Origin: an uncultured Gammaproteobacteria bacterium
GTDB taxonomy: Bacteria; Patescibacteriota; Microgenomatia; Levybacterales; GWA1-39-11
DNA: 64,000 nucleotides
Direction: 5' to 3'
Assembly (NCBI GenBank): GCA_964450885.1
Contig: CAYVFE010000002.1
Coordinates: 15,192-79,191 of the forward strand
The position numbers and the translations under genes were made by a program. Below the pieces are notes generated by a model. The model worked only from the letters and a program-made list of their open reading frames with translations. It searched no databases and was not told the origin of the DNA. Positions 44,830 to 55,080 of this stretch are shown here, one piece after another. The first letter of the stretch is position 1, and each line of letters opens with the position of its first letter.

Positions 44830-47042
44830 TCGTATTTATAATCTGACTTTTCTGTAGGAGGGTAGTATTCAGGGCGATCAGCAGCATAGTGCTCTTTGAT
44901 CCATTCATCTATCGCTTCTTTCCATCTATTTCTTCCGTCTGTTGAGACAGGATCCTCCTCGTCAAAGACTATGAATTCTTTCGTATCATAATCATTGCGC
45001 TCTATTTCTTCGTCCGACGCGAGCTTTCCGTCATCGTGCTTTGAGAGCTTTACCGTCTTATAGATCGCAGACTTTCCCGAGGGCTGTGTTCCTTTGACAA
45101 AATATTCGACCCGAGTTGGCTGATCTCCTACAGGCAATCCTCCCGAATAAGCATCGATCTGCATAGCCTCCACATTTGATGGAACCTCAAAATCTTCATT
45201 GTCTGTGCCGGAAAGCACCGCTTTCATTATTCCTGCCCAAATAGGAGATGCACCGGTGACACCTGATGCGATACGTGGATCAAGCGGCGTGCTGTCATTG
45301 TTTCCCACCCATACACCTACCGTGTACGAGGGAGTGTAGCCGATTGTCCAGTTATCTTTTTTTTCATCAGTTGTACCTGTTTTTGCAGCAACCGTTCTTC
45401 CTGCAACATTCAGATACGAGTTGGTTCCAAAAGCATCAGCACGCGCATTGTTATCAAGCAATATGTGCGATATCAGAAATGATACTTCTTCCGATAGAAC
45501 CCTTTCGGGACTTTGAGGGGTATGTTTGTAAATCGTCTTGCCTTTCCTGTCTTTCACTTCCAAGATAGCAAAAGGGTCCAACTGTTCACCTTTTCTGGCA
45601 AATACCGAATATGCTGACGATATATCAAGAAGTGTTGCTTCGCGTCCTCCCAACACCAAAGAAAGACCGACATTCGCTAGATTCCCGCGCGTTGGCTCCC
45701 AGTTGGTAATTCCCATATCATAACCTTTCTGCATCACAGGCTCTATCCCGACCCGCGCAAGCATCTTTACAGCTGGGACGTTCAAAGAGTTACCGAGTGC
45801 GAACCGTAGCTGCACCGGCCCTCTGTATTCACCGTCATAATTTACGGGAACATATTCTGCCTCCCCAGGGACACCCGTCTGAAACCCTGTCTTTACATCC
45901 ATCACCAGCGTCGCGGGAGTATAGCCTTTTTCAAATGCCACAGCATAGGTAATAGGCTTTAGAGACGATCCTGGCTGACGTAGGGCAGTTGCAGCATTAA
46001 AATTTCCGTCATTTTCTGTATCGAAATAATCGACACTTCCGACCATCGCAAGTATTCCTCCTGTCTCTACATCCAACACAACAGCTGACGCATTATTTAC
46101 GTCATAGTCCTCAAATTTCTCGAATTCCTTTGTGATGACGTCCTCAGCTTTCTCCTGAATATCCTGATCCAAAGTGGTTGTTATGACTAGATTTCCGTTC
46201 TCGACAAGATTTTCCCCGAGCTGATCTATCAATAGTTGTCTAACATACATCACAAAATGCGGCGCCTTGATGCTTCCCGTTTTTTGTTCGAATTTGAAGT
46301 TCTTTATTTCTTCAAGCGATTTCTTCTCCTCGTCTTCACTGATGTATCCGTCCTCACGCATACGACGCAGGACAACGCTGCTTCTATCTATATAACTATC
46401 TCCACCGCTAACCATAGGGGAGTAGAGAGAGGGTGCTTGTGGAAGTCCAGCTAGAAATGCAGACTCTGACAAGGTTAGATCCTTTGCGTTCTTCTCAAAA
46501 TAAAGATTACTTGCCGCCTCAACTCCAACAGCAGCTCCTCCATAAGGGATATTATTAAGATACATCTCGAGTATCTCGTCTTTACTAAACCTACTATCTA
46601 CCTGCACCGCAAGTATGAGCTCCTTTAGCTTTCTCGTGACTGTCCTTTCAGGAGAGAGCAGCGCGTTTTTGACAAGCTGCTGGGTAATGGTGGATCCTCC
46701 AGCAATCCTCCCCCTAAAAATAGGATCTATCACAAGACCACGGATATATCCTGTTATAGAAAATCCTTTATTTGTGTAAAAATCTTTATCCTCGACGGCG
46801 ATTGTCGCTTCACGCAAATGTACTGGAATGTTGTCCAAGTCAACATATATCCTATTTATATCCTTAAAAAATGAGAACAGAAGCTCTCCGTCTTTGTCGA
46901 GGATTCTTGTAGAATCCTTTAGGTCCGGATTCGTCAATTTACCAGGGGTAGGAAGGTCACGGCTTACCCATAAAGCATATAAAAACCCTACAACAAGAAA
47001 GATTATCAATCCGAAAAAGATATATTTCATACCTTTTCCCAT
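44826..47042 (-). CDS. Class A penicillin-binding protein (bifunctional glycosyltransferase/transpeptidase, PBP1A-like)
   Basis: GT51 motifs (EDKDFYTNKGF, GGSTITQQLVKN, RKLKEL), transpeptidase SxxK (SSLKP), SxN and KTGT (AAKTGTT). Start trimmed to MGKGMKYIFF (the track ORF starts at 47126). Acidic C-terminal extension. Confidence 0.8.
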   Translation of the reverse strand: MGKGMKYIFFGLIIFLVVGFLYALWVSRDLPTPGKLTNPDLKDSTRILDKDGELLFSFFKDINRIYVDLDNIPVHLREATIAVEDKDFYTNKGFSITGYIRGLVIDPIFRGRIAGGSTITQQLVKNALLSPERTVTRKLKELILAVQVDSRFSKDEILEMYLNNIPYGGAAVGVEAASNLYFEKNAKDLTLSESAFLAGLPQAPSLYSPMVSGGDSYIDRSSVVLRRMREDGYISEDEEKKSLEEIKNFKFEQKTGSIKAPHFVMYVRQLLIDQLGENLVENGNLVITTTLDQDIQEKAEDVITKEFEKFEDYDVNNASAVVLDVETGGILAMVGSVDYFDTENDGNFNAATALRQPGSSLKPITYAVAFEKGYTPATLVMDVKTGFQTGVPGEAEYVPVNYDGEYRGPVQLRFALGNSLNVPAVKMLARVGIEPVMQKGYDMGITNWEPTRGNLANVGLSLVLGGREATLLDISSAYSVFARKGEQLDPFAILEVKDRKGKTIYKHTPQSPERVLSEEVSFLISHILLDNNARADAFGTNSYLNVAGRTVAAKTGTTDEKKDNWTIGYTPSYTVGVWVGNNDSTPLDPRIASGVTGASPIWAGIMKAVLSGTDNEDFEVPSNVEAMQIDAYSGGLPVGDQPTRVEYFVKGTQPSGKSAIYKTVKLSKHDDGKLASDEEIERNDYDTKEFIVFDEEDPVSTDGRNRWKEAIDEWIKEHYAADRPEYYPPTEKSDYKYD

Positions 47043-47196
47043 AATAAAAAGCTTGAGCGAATTTATTTTTCCTCCGCTATTTCCGCTTCTTACTCTAACT
47101 CTTCTTCTGGGTCTGTAGTGTTGCATAAAATTATTATAATGGAAAAAGGCTCTTTATCGTTGCAAAAATCGGTCGCAAATAAGTATAATTAAGCGT

Positions 47197-48357
47197 ATGT
47201 CCGAATTGCAAGAGCTACTCACGCGTGGTGTCGCAAACATTATACCAAATAGGAAGGAGTTAGAAAAAAAACTGTCATCGGGTGAAAAGATCAATATTTA
47301 TCTGGGAATCGACCCAACTGCAACAAATATCCATCTGGGACATGCTGTTTCGCTGAGAAAACTTAAAAAATTTGCAGAGCTGGGACATAACGTCACATTC
47401 CTCGTAGGGGATTTTACGGCAAAGATAGGAGACACTTCGGATAAAGAAACAGAGCGTCCACAGCTTAGTGATGAGCAAATAAAAGAAAACCTAAAAACCT
47501 ACAAGCAGCAGGCCGGAAAAATCATAGACTTTGATAAGGTACAGATAAGATTCAACAGCGAATGGCTGTCACGTCTCACTTTTGAAGAAACGATAAGGCT
47601 AATCGGTAAATTCAGCTTGAATGATTTTATCTCGAGAGAGCTTATAAAAAAACGTTTGAATGAAGGCAAAAGCGTAGGGCTACTTGAGACAATCTATCCT
47701 ATCATGCAGGGTTACGATAGTCAGACACTTGATACTGATCTACAAATAGGTGGAACTGACCAGACATTTAACATGCAGGCAGGACGCGCGCTCATGAAAG
47801 GTAAAAAGGAATCATTTGTGATGACTACGGAATTCCTATCTGGCACTGATGGTCGCAAGATGAGCAAGACCTGGGGGAATGCCATCTGGCTTACGGATAG
47901 CCCAGAGGATATGTTTGGGAAAGTCATGTCAATTAAAGACGACGTTATAATTGAATACTTTATACTTGCAACAGACGTACCTATGGATACGATAAAAGAA
48001 CTAAAAGAAGATGTCAAAAAAAACCCAATGACACTAAAAATTGATTTGGCAAACAAAATCGTTACTGAAATCTACGGCGGCGAAGCTGCCCACAGTGCTC
48101 AGTTAAATTTTCAAAAAACAGTACAGAACAAAGAAATACCAACTGATATCAAAGAGCTTAGTGCCACAAAGGATACCTTGATGCTGGATTTTATGGTTGA
48201 AAATAAACTTGCAGAAAGTAAATCCCGAGCAAAAAGTCTGATAGATCAGGGTGGGGTAGTATTTGACGACAATAAAATAGATGTTTTTACAAAAATAGAA
48301 AAAAGTGGTATCTTAAAGGTTGGAAAAAGAAACTTTGTAAAAGTAAATATAGACTAA
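47197..48357 (+). CDS. tyrS: Tyrosine--tRNA ligase
   Basis: HIGH-type motif (NIHLGHAV), KMSKS-type (KMSKTWGN), C-terminal S4-like domain. Confidence 0.8.
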   Translation: MSELQELLTRGVANIIPNRKELEKKLSSGEKINIYLGIDPTATNIHLGHAVSLRKLKKFAELGHNVTFLVGDFTAKIGDTSDKETERPQLSDEQIKENLKTYKQQAGKIIDFDKVQIRFNSEWLSRLTFEETIRLIGKFSLNDFISRELIKKRLNEGKSVGLLETIYPIMQGYDSQTLDTDLQIGGTDQTFNMQAGRALMKGKKESFVMTTEFLSGTDGRKMSKTWGNAIWLTDSPEDMFGKVMSIKDDVIIEYFILATDVPMDTIKELKEDVKKNPMTLKIDLANKIVTEIYGGEAAHSAQLNFQKTVQNKEIPTDIKELSATKDTLMLDFMVENKLAESKSRAKSLIDQGGVVFDDNKIDVFTKIEKSGILKVGKRNFVKVNID

Positions 48358-48477
48358 TATGGAATTTATAAGAAAAAATAAATGGTTTTGGAGGATTTTT
48401 GCAGCGATTCTGATACTCGCTATGGCCGCATCTCTTATCCTGCCTTATCTTCCAGGAATGGGACTTTACTAGATTAA

Positions 48478-50490
48478 ATGACACTAAATACTCCGGTAGC
48501 AAGCCTCGGCTTTGTATATAAGGCCAAGAAAAAACCTCTGGAAAAAATAGGGATTACGACCCTAAAGGATTTGCTGTATTATCCACCTACAAGATACGAA
48601 ATGTATCCAGATCCAAAACCGATAGGAAAAACACTCGATGGAGAGGATGTCGTCATCGAAGGAAAAGTTGCAACCATAAATAATCAGTACCTAAAGCGCA
48701 AATTATCCATTCAAAAGGCCACCATATGGGATGATACCGGAGAAATAGAATGCGTGTGGTTTAACCAGATCTATATTGCAAAAATAATACACGAAGGAGA
48801 CACGCTGCGAGTAACAGGAAAGGTAAAATACTCTGGTAACAAAAAAAGTCTTTCTGTTAAGGATTATGAGCTGATCGTCGCAGGCAAAAAACCTATCCAT
48901 ATCACTAAAATTGTCCCGATATATAGCGAGACGCGGGGCATCTCGTCCAAATGGCTGAGAAACAGGATATTTGAAAGGCTAAATAGCAATCTGGAATTTG
49001 AAGACATAATTCCCTCAGGGATCCTGACCGAACACGATCTGCTACCGATCGAGGAGGCGATAAACATCATCCACTTTCCCAAGAGTATGAACGAAGTAGA
49101 TAAAGCAAATCTGAGACTTTCATATGAAGAAATTCTCCTGAAGCACCTTGCCAGCCTGAAAATAAAGGAAGAATGGAACAAAAAACTTACTGCGCCAAAA
49201 TTTGAATTAGAAAAATATGCCAAAAAAGTTGAAAAGGTCATAAAATCTCTGCCTTTCGAGCTGACATCTGCACAGAAAAAGGCTATCGACGCCATCTTTT
49301 TGGATCTTCAAAAGGAGAAGCCGATGAATAGACTCCTTGAGGGAGATGTCGGATCGGGAAAGACGATAGTCGCAGCACTTAGCGCTTATCTGGCGCATCT
49401 CAACGGCTTCCAAAGCGCTATCATGGCGCCGACCGGAATACTTGCAGGACAACACTACAAAACATTGGAAAACCTTTTGATCCCGCTTGGTATACGCGTA
49501 GAACTTTTTACCTCGAGCACTAAAAAGACAGGAGACTTTGACATAGCAGTAGGAACTCATGCTCTTATACATAAAAAGGTCAATTTCGAAAAACTGGGGC
49601 TAGTTGTCATAGACGAACAGCAGCGGTTTGGGGTGGAGCAACGCGCGATACTAAGAGAGCGGGGAAATAGTCCGCACGTTCTGACGATGACGGCAACACC
49701 CATCCCCCGCACGATCCTTCTTACTGCCTATGGTGATTTGGATGTGTCGATCCTTGATGAGATGCCAAAAGGAAGAAAAACGATTAAAACCTGGCTCGTG
49801 CCAGACGAAAAAAGGGAGAGCGGGTATGCGTGGATAGAAAAAAAGGTGAAAGGCGGCGATCAGGTATTTATCGTATGCCCTTTTATAGAGTCTTCTGAAA
49901 ATATGACTACTGTAAAAGCTGCAACTGAGGAGTTCGAGCGGCTCAAAAGTGATGTGTTCAAGAATCTCAAACTCGGTCTTTTACATGGAAAAATGAAAGC
50001 TGACGAAAAAGACGCCATCCTGAAAGATTTCAAGGATAAGAAGTTTGACATACTTGTGTCGACTCCAGTAGTAGAGGTCGGAATCGATATACCGAATGCA
50101 ACAATCATGCTCATAGAGGGTGCGGAGCGGTTCGGACTAGCACAGCTTCATCAGATGAGAGGGCGGGTAGGACGCGGAGAAAAGGAATCCTTTTGTCTGC
50201 TTTTCTCAGACAACCTAAATCCAAATACTGAAAAAAGGCTCAGATCTATGGAGAAAATCTTTTCCGGTCCACAACTGTCAGAGATAGATCTGCAGCTGCG
50301 GGGCCCTGGAAATATCTATGGCACAGCACAGCACGGACGCATGGAATTTAAATTCGCCTCAATCTTCGACAAAAGTCTCATAAATCTGGTAAAAAAAGAT
50401 GCTGAAAGATTGATCAAAGAGCTTTCCAAACACAAACTATTGCGTGATGAGGTGAAATATTCTATAATACAGAAAGTTTCACCTGATTAA
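48478..50490 (+). CDS. recG: ATP-dependent DNA helicase RecG
   Basis: Wedge/OB N-domain, helicase motifs I (GDVGSGKT), II (DEQQRFG), VI (QMRGRVGRG), RecG TRG region. Confidence 0.85.
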   Translation: MTLNTPVASLGFVYKAKKKPLEKIGITTLKDLLYYPPTRYEMYPDPKPIGKTLDGEDVVIEGKVATINNQYLKRKLSIQKATIWDDTGEIECVWFNQIYIAKIIHEGDTLRVTGKVKYSGNKKSLSVKDYELIVAGKKPIHITKIVPIYSETRGISSKWLRNRIFERLNSNLEFEDIIPSGILTEHDLLPIEEAINIIHFPKSMNEVDKANLRLSYEEILLKHLASLKIKEEWNKKLTAPKFELEKYAKKVEKVIKSLPFELTSAQKKAIDAIFLDLQKEKPMNRLLEGDVGSGKTIVAALSAYLAHLNGFQSAIMAPTGILAGQHYKTLENLLIPLGIRVELFTSSTKKTGDFDIAVGTHALIHKKVNFEKLGLVVIDEQQRFGVEQRAILRERGNSPHVLTMTATPIPRTILLTAYGDLDVSILDEMPKGRKTIKTWLVPDEKRESGYAWIEKKVKGGDQVFIVCPFIESSENMTTVKAATEEFERLKSDVFKNLKLGLLHGKMKADEKDAILKDFKDKKFDILVSTPVVEVGIDIPNATIMLIEGAERFGLAQLHQMRGRVGRGEKESFCLLFSDNLNPNTEKRLRSMEKIFSGPQLSEIDLQLRGPGNIYGTAQHGRMEFKFASIFDKSLINLVKKDAERLIKELSKHKLLRDEVKYSIIQKVSPD

Positions 50491-50504
50491 AGGAGGTAAA
50501 TTTA

Positions 50505-50630
50505 ATGCCACAAGAACCAAAAAGAAGACATTCTACTGCAAGAAAGGGCAAGCGCCGTGCAAGTATAAAACTTGAAATCAAAAGCGCTTCCCATAAGTTA
50601 TCTCACGCAAAAAAGAGAAAACTTATCTAG
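50505..50630 (+). CDS. rpmF: 50S ribosomal protein L32
   Basis: 41-aa ORF MPQEPKRRHSTARKGKRRASIKLE... (L32 PKRRxSxxRxxKRR motif) with SD AAAGGAGGTAAATTTAATG. Below the ORF-track cutoff. Confidence 0.55.
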   Translation: MPQEPKRRHSTARKGKRRASIKLEIKSASHKLSHAKKRKLI

Positions 50631-50636
50631 CCTCTA

Positions 50637-50993
50637 ATGAAAACTGCCAGCGATCCACGACACACAGCACGACAAGAAGTTGTGCAAGGACTGTTCTCTC
50701 AAAGCTTTTTATCTCAAAAGACGAAAAACGAAAAGGTAAAATCTATCGTCGAAAAATTTGACCAGATTGATGAAATCATAAAAAAGGTCGCACCCGAATT
50801 TCCAGTAGATAAGATAAATCGCGTGGACTTGGCTATACTAAGACTTGCTGTCTTTGAGATAGAAATCGAGAAGAAAGAGCCACCAAAGGTAGTAATAGAT
50901 GAAGCTATAGAACTAGCGAAAGAATATGGAGGAGATTCATCTCCTGGATTTGTAAACGGAGCACTAGGAAAACTAATAAAGAAAAATGACTAA
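50637..50993 (+). CDS. nusB: Transcription antitermination factor NusB
   Basis: N-terminal RHTARQEVVQGLF and C-terminal ELAKEYGGDSSPGFVNGALGKL are NusB-like. 118 aa. Confidence 0.7.
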   Translation: MKTASDPRHTARQEVVQGLFSQSFLSQKTKNEKVKSIVEKFDQIDEIIKKVAPEFPVDKINRVDLAILRLAVFEIEIEKKEPPKVVIDEAIELAKEYGGDSSPGFVNGALGKLIKKND

Positions 50994-51645
50994 CATACCA
51001 GAATTTATAAATCCGGAATTATTTGATCTAGCTTTTACACATAGGTCTTATCTAAATGAATCAAATGGTGCAACTGAGTCAAATGAAAGGCTTGAGTTCT
51101 TGGGGGATAGTATCCTCTCATATATAGTCTCGACCCACATATTCAACGAATTCAAGGATAGAAAAGAGGGAGAACTTACAAGTCTTAGGTCTGTGCTTAC
51201 GAATACCGAGACTCTTTATGAGGTCGGAAAAAGGCTCAATCTAGGTCAAAATCTTAAGTTATCCAAAGGAGAAGAAGAGAGTGGAGGACGTGAAAGCAAG
51301 ACAATACTGGCAAATACTTATGAGGCTGTCGTAGGAGCTTTGTATCTTGACCAAGGAATAGATGCTGTCCGAAAATTCATCGAGGAAACGATAATATCGG
51401 ACATCGATAACATTGTTGCCTCACAGGGACTAAAGGATCCAAAAAGCGCTTTACAGGAATTCCTGCAGGAGAACCGGAAGATGTCTCCACGATACGAGGT
51501 ATTGGAGGAGAGTGGACCAGATCATGATAAGTTGTATGTGGTCGGGGTATTTGTGGAAGCAGAGCTCCTTTCAAAAGGCCAGGGTAAATCAAAGCAGGAT
51601 GCGGAAAAAAAGGCAGCTCACAACGCCCTAAAAACCCTGAGCTAA
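50986..51645 (+). CDS. rnc: Ribonuclease III
   Basis: RNase III signature ERLEFLGDSILS, catalytic acidic residues, C-terminal dsRBD. Confidence 0.9.
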   Translation: MTNIPEFINPELFDLAFTHRSYLNESNGATESNERLEFLGDSILSYIVSTHIFNEFKDRKEGELTSLRSVLTNTETLYEVGKRLNLGQNLKLSKGEEESGGRESKTILANTYEAVVGALYLDQGIDAVRKFIEETIISDIDNIVASQGLKDPKSALQEFLQENRKMSPRYEVLEESGPDHDKLYVVGVFVEAELLSKGQGKSKQDAEKKAAHNALKTLS

Positions 51646-51700
51646 GAAATCACCAATTTGAATTGAAAACTTACATTAAACATGATAAACTATCAACCTT

Positions 51701-51964
51701 ATGTCATTAGTAATTAGATTTGCGAAAACAGGTAGAAAAGGCGAGCGAAAGTATCGTCTTGTCGTGCGTGAGAAGAGAAGCAGGCGTGATGGAAAACCAG
51801 TCGATACCCTAGGTTATTACGAAAAAACCATAAATAGCATCAAAAAAGAGATCGACCAGAAAAAGGTTGATTACTGGATCTCAAAAGGAGCAAAAGTGAG
51901 CCCGGCTGTAGACAATAAGTTGTACGATAACAAGTATTCAAAACAAAATGCAACAACTGCTTAA
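51701..51964 (+). CDS. rpsP: 30S ribosomal protein S16
   Basis: MSLVIRFAKTGRKGERKYRLVV... is the canonical S16 N-terminus. rpsP-KH-trmD context. Confidence 0.85.
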   Translation: MSLVIRFAKTGRKGERKYRLVVREKRSRRDGKPVDTLGYYEKTINSIKKEIDQKKVDYWISKGAKVSPAVDNKLYDNKYSKQNATTA

Positions 51965-52181
51965 ACACATAACAGACTCGCTATTTCCTGAAAGCAATAT
52001 AACTATCGAAGAGAGTACCAACGAAGGAACGACATTATTCACGATTTATGCACCTCAAGCAGAAATCGGAAGGATAATCGGCAAAGAGGGGAAAGTTATA
52101 AATGCCATGAAGCAACTTCTCAAAATAAAGGCCATGAAAGATAATGTTTTTGTTGATCTTGAAATAAAAGAACAGCAATAG
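51948..52181 (+). CDS. KH-domain RNA-binding protein (YlqC/UPF0109 family)
   Basis: GRIIGKEGKVINAMKQL is a KH GxxG loop. Conserved position between rpsP and trmD. Confidence 0.7.
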   Translation: MQQLLKHITDSLFPESNITIEESTNEGTTLFTIYAPQAEIGRIIGKEGKVINAMKQLLKIKAMKDNVFVDLEIKEQQ

Positions 52182-52188
52182 TTTTCTC

Positions 52189-52887
52189 ATGAAATTCTCC
52201 ATAGTCACACTTTTTCCCGAAATTTTTTCTGGTGTCTTCGAACACTCTATAATAGGCAGAGCGGTTAAAGAAAGCAGGGTTCAGATAAATTTAGTAAACC
52301 TGAGGGATTTTGGCATAGGTCCTCATAAGATAGTAGACGACAAGCCTTATGGCGGAGGAACGGGAATGGTTCTGCGTGTAGACGTACTCAATAGTGCTAT
52401 CAACTCAGTTAAAGAAAATGAAGGAAATGAAAAGGTAGCGATTCTTGACGCGCGAGGAGAAGTGTACTCACAAAAAATAGCCGAGGATTTTTCAAAGCTT
52501 GACCACTTGATACTTATCTGTGGAAGATACGAAGGCTTTGACGAACGAATCAAGGAATTTGTGGATTTTTCGATTTCGATAGGTGACTATGTTTTAACAG
52601 GAGGGGAAATTCCTGCAATGAGCATAGTGGACTCAACTGTCCGGCTTATTCCCGGTGTGCTCTCGAAAGATGATGCTACGGTAAATGAATCTTTTTCTCA
52701 GAGTGAGCATGGCAGAATACTTGAGCATCCACAATATACCAGACCAGAAAATTATGAAGATCTGAGAGTTCCTGAGGTCCTTTTGAGTGGACATGCCGCT
52801 AATATCTCAAATTATAAATCGGAAGAATCATTGAGAGTAACCTCCAAAAATAGAAAAGATATTAAAGTGACCACTCCCTCAAAGTAG
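52189..52887 (+). CDS. trmD: tRNA (guanine37-N1)-methyltransferase
   Basis: MKFSIVTLFPEIF... DDKPYGGGTGMVL ... GRYEGFDERI are TrmD SPOUT motifs. Confidence 0.9.
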   Translation: MKFSIVTLFPEIFSGVFEHSIIGRAVKESRVQINLVNLRDFGIGPHKIVDDKPYGGGTGMVLRVDVLNSAINSVKENEGNEKVAILDARGEVYSQKIAEDFSKLDHLILICGRYEGFDERIKEFVDFSISIGDYVLTGGEIPAMSIVDSTVRLIPGVLSKDDATVNESFSQSEHGRILEHPQYTRPENYEDLRVPEVLLSGHAANISNYKSEESLRVTSKNRKDIKVTTPSK

Positions 52888-53515
52888 AAAGCAGAGATTG
52901 TTGCTGCGCGTTAAGTGGCGCAACCAGAGTCTGAGCCTGAAATCCGGCAGGGTTCATGGGCTTGAAATAAAAATTCACGTCAAATCTTGCATCACTTTCG
53001 CTGGCTTCAATCGAATTTATCTCAACTACGGGAACCGACTCGTAAAGGACTTGGGCAAAGTTAGTAAAATCTGCAGCGCTTTGGCCAGTCGCGCGCACGA
53101 GTATATTCAAATATGGAACCCCGTCCACGTTATTTTTTTCGACTCCTTTCGCATTCTGCTCATAGACTGTTCCGACCTGTACATTTAGACTTCCTATGAC
53201 GACATTTGACCGCAGTGCTGCTGAATTTAACGCTTCAAATATGGATCCGATACTTTTACTAAGTGGCAGGGCGGAAAGAACCAGATCATAATCATCATCC
53301 AACTGGCTATCTGAGATCGACGATAAAGTGCTATCCGAACTCCTCAGTCCCTCATTTGTATCTTCCTGTACGTCTATTTGAGTCCGTAGGTCCCCAATAT
53401 CATTAAATTGCGGCAGGATAATAAAATTCGCAAGCATGAGCGCGGCAAGAATTAGCGCTGCTGGCAGCAAATCCTGCCTGTAACGTCTTAGGTATAATTT
53501 TAGTTGCTTTTCCAT
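52862..53515 (-). CDS. pilO: Type IV pilus assembly protein PilO-like
   Basis: N-terminal TM then a periplasmic domain. Positioned after pilM-pilN on the same strand. Confidence 0.45.
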   Translation of the reverse strand: MEKQLKLYLRRYRQDLLPAALILAALMLANFIILPQFNDIGDLRTQIDVQEDTNEGLRSSDSTLSSISDSQLDDDYDLVLSALPLSKSIGSIFEALNSAALRSNVVIGSLNVQVGTVYEQNAKGVEKNNVDGVPYLNILVRATGQSAADFTNFAQVLYESVPVVEINSIEASESDARFDVNFYFKPMNPAGFQAQTLVAPLNAQQQSLLSTLREWSL

Positions 53516-54052
53516 CTAAATAAATTCTATTGTGAAATTTGCCTTATACTGATTTGTTTCTGTGTCCAAACCAAAACTACTCATCTCGACTCTCTTGACC
53601 GTTTTTTGACTTTCCGTGGCATACTCCTCAATCTTGGTTTCGATCAGAGTATTCAACGAAGACAGGTCGCTGGCTACAACCTGGAGCACAACCTTTTCCT
53701 CATCACCCTCGATAAGCGAGATTCCGACATCAAGAGGAAGAGTCTGCGAAACCGATACCAAGCGGGAGTTGATGTTTTTTCTCTTACTTATCACTTTTTG
53801 GATTTCAGCTAATCTCTCACGAACAGAAAGATACTTTATCTTCTTCTCAGGATTGCTGTTTATGACAGACGTTAGACGTGCTTCTTCTTCCTTAAAATTG
53901 CTCAATTCTCCTGCAAGATAAAGCCTATACACGATAAGCCCCGCAGAAATCAAAAAAGCGAGAGAGAAAATAACGACCGCTCCCGTAAAAAAACGCTTAT
54001 GGAAAGCGTTTGGTGTCCTCCTTTTTGAGACTAGATTTATCGAAGTTTTCAT
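53516..54052 (-). CDS. pilN: Type IV pilus assembly protein PilN-like
   Basis: Short cytoplasmic N-terminus, single TM (AVVIFSLAFLISAGLIVY), coiled-coil. Follows pilM. Confidence 0.5.
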   Translation of the reverse strand: MKTSINLVSKRRTPNAFHKRFFTGAVVIFSLAFLISAGLIVYRLYLAGELSNFKEEEARLTSVINSNPEKKIKYLSVRERLAEIQKVISKRKNINSRLVSVSQTLPLDVGISLIEGDEEKVVLQVVASDLSSLNTLIETKIEEYATESQKTVKRVEMSSFGLDTETNQYKANFTIEFI

Positions 54053-55080
54053 ACTAAATCTTTAATTCCAAGACCTACTACAGTATTAAATGATGAAGAC
54101 TCGCGCGCAAGCTCCTCGGGAACTTTTCCAATGTTATATATCTGAAACGCATTCCCAAGCATAACCTGTATATTGAGTTGATTTGTGAAGTAGACATCTA
54201 TTCCTGGCAAAAGCGCAGTTCCTCCAGAGAGTATTATTTGATTTATCTGCTTATCTGTCGCCTTTTGTTTGTACATAAGCATCGTCTTTCGTACATCTCC
54301 CATGATAGATTCGAGGATCGGGAAAAGAGAGCGTCCGATCTTACCCTCAAAAGTCTCCTTGTTCAATCCGTAAACTTTTTTGAAAGATTCTGCTTGTGCA
54401 AAATCTATTCCGAGATCAGAAGATATAGCACGGGTTATAGCCAAGCCTCCTTGATCTATTGTAAAAGTAGACAGAATAACCCCATTTTGTACAAGCGCAA
54501 TGCTGGTAGTCATAGCTCCCATATGAACGACGATGCTGGGGTTCGGGTTATACAAAAGAGGGTAAAGCGACCTATATACAGAAATCATTTCTGTCTCGAT
54601 ACTGCTTGTCAAAAGTCCTGCAGCCTCGACAACTTTTTCATATTTATTTAAAAGTGCAATAGGTGCTGCCACCAAAAAAACGCTTGTTATCTGTCTTCCT
54701 TCGACATTGCTTGTCCCCAGTATTTGCCAATCAGTTCTTACTTGCTCAAGAGGAAGCGGAATATATTGTTCCATCTCGTACTTGAGCGATGCAGCAAGCT
54801 CGCGTTCAGAAAGGGATGGCATGTCGATAATTTTCGTATATACCTGATTATCGGAAAGACACAATGCGACCTCGTCAGACTTGATACTTGCTTGACTGAT
54901 GACTTCCTTTACATGACGCGAAAGGGTCTCCAGATCACTTTCCGAATCAGAAGTAATTCCGCGTTCAGGAGCTGGACCCACACCGATAGATTCCACCTCA
55001 ATACCGCTTCCGCTTCTCTTGAATTTGGCAGCTTTTATAAAAGTTGAACCTATGTCTAAACCAAAAAGGTTAGTCTTCAT
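54049..55080 (-). CDS. pilM: Type IV pilus assembly ATPase-fold protein PilM
   Basis: Actin-like N-terminus LFGLDIGSTFIKAAKF and second ASKHA phosphate motif. Confidence 0.8.
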   Translation of the reverse strand: MKTNLFGLDIGSTFIKAAKFKRSGSGIEVESIGVGPAPERGITSDSESDLETLSRHVKEVISQASIKSDEVALCLSDNQVYTKIIDMPSLSERELAASLKYEMEQYIPLPLEQVRTDWQILGTSNVEGRQITSVFLVAAPIALLNKYEKVVEAAGLLTSSIETEMISVYRSLYPLLYNPNPSIVVHMGAMTTSIALVQNGVILSTFTIDQGGLAITRAISSDLGIDFAQAESFKKVYGLNKETFEGKIGRSLFPILESIMGDVRKTMLMYKQKATDKQINQIILSGGTALLPGIDVYFTNQLNIQVMLGNAFQIYNIGKVPEELARESSSFNTVVGLGIKDLV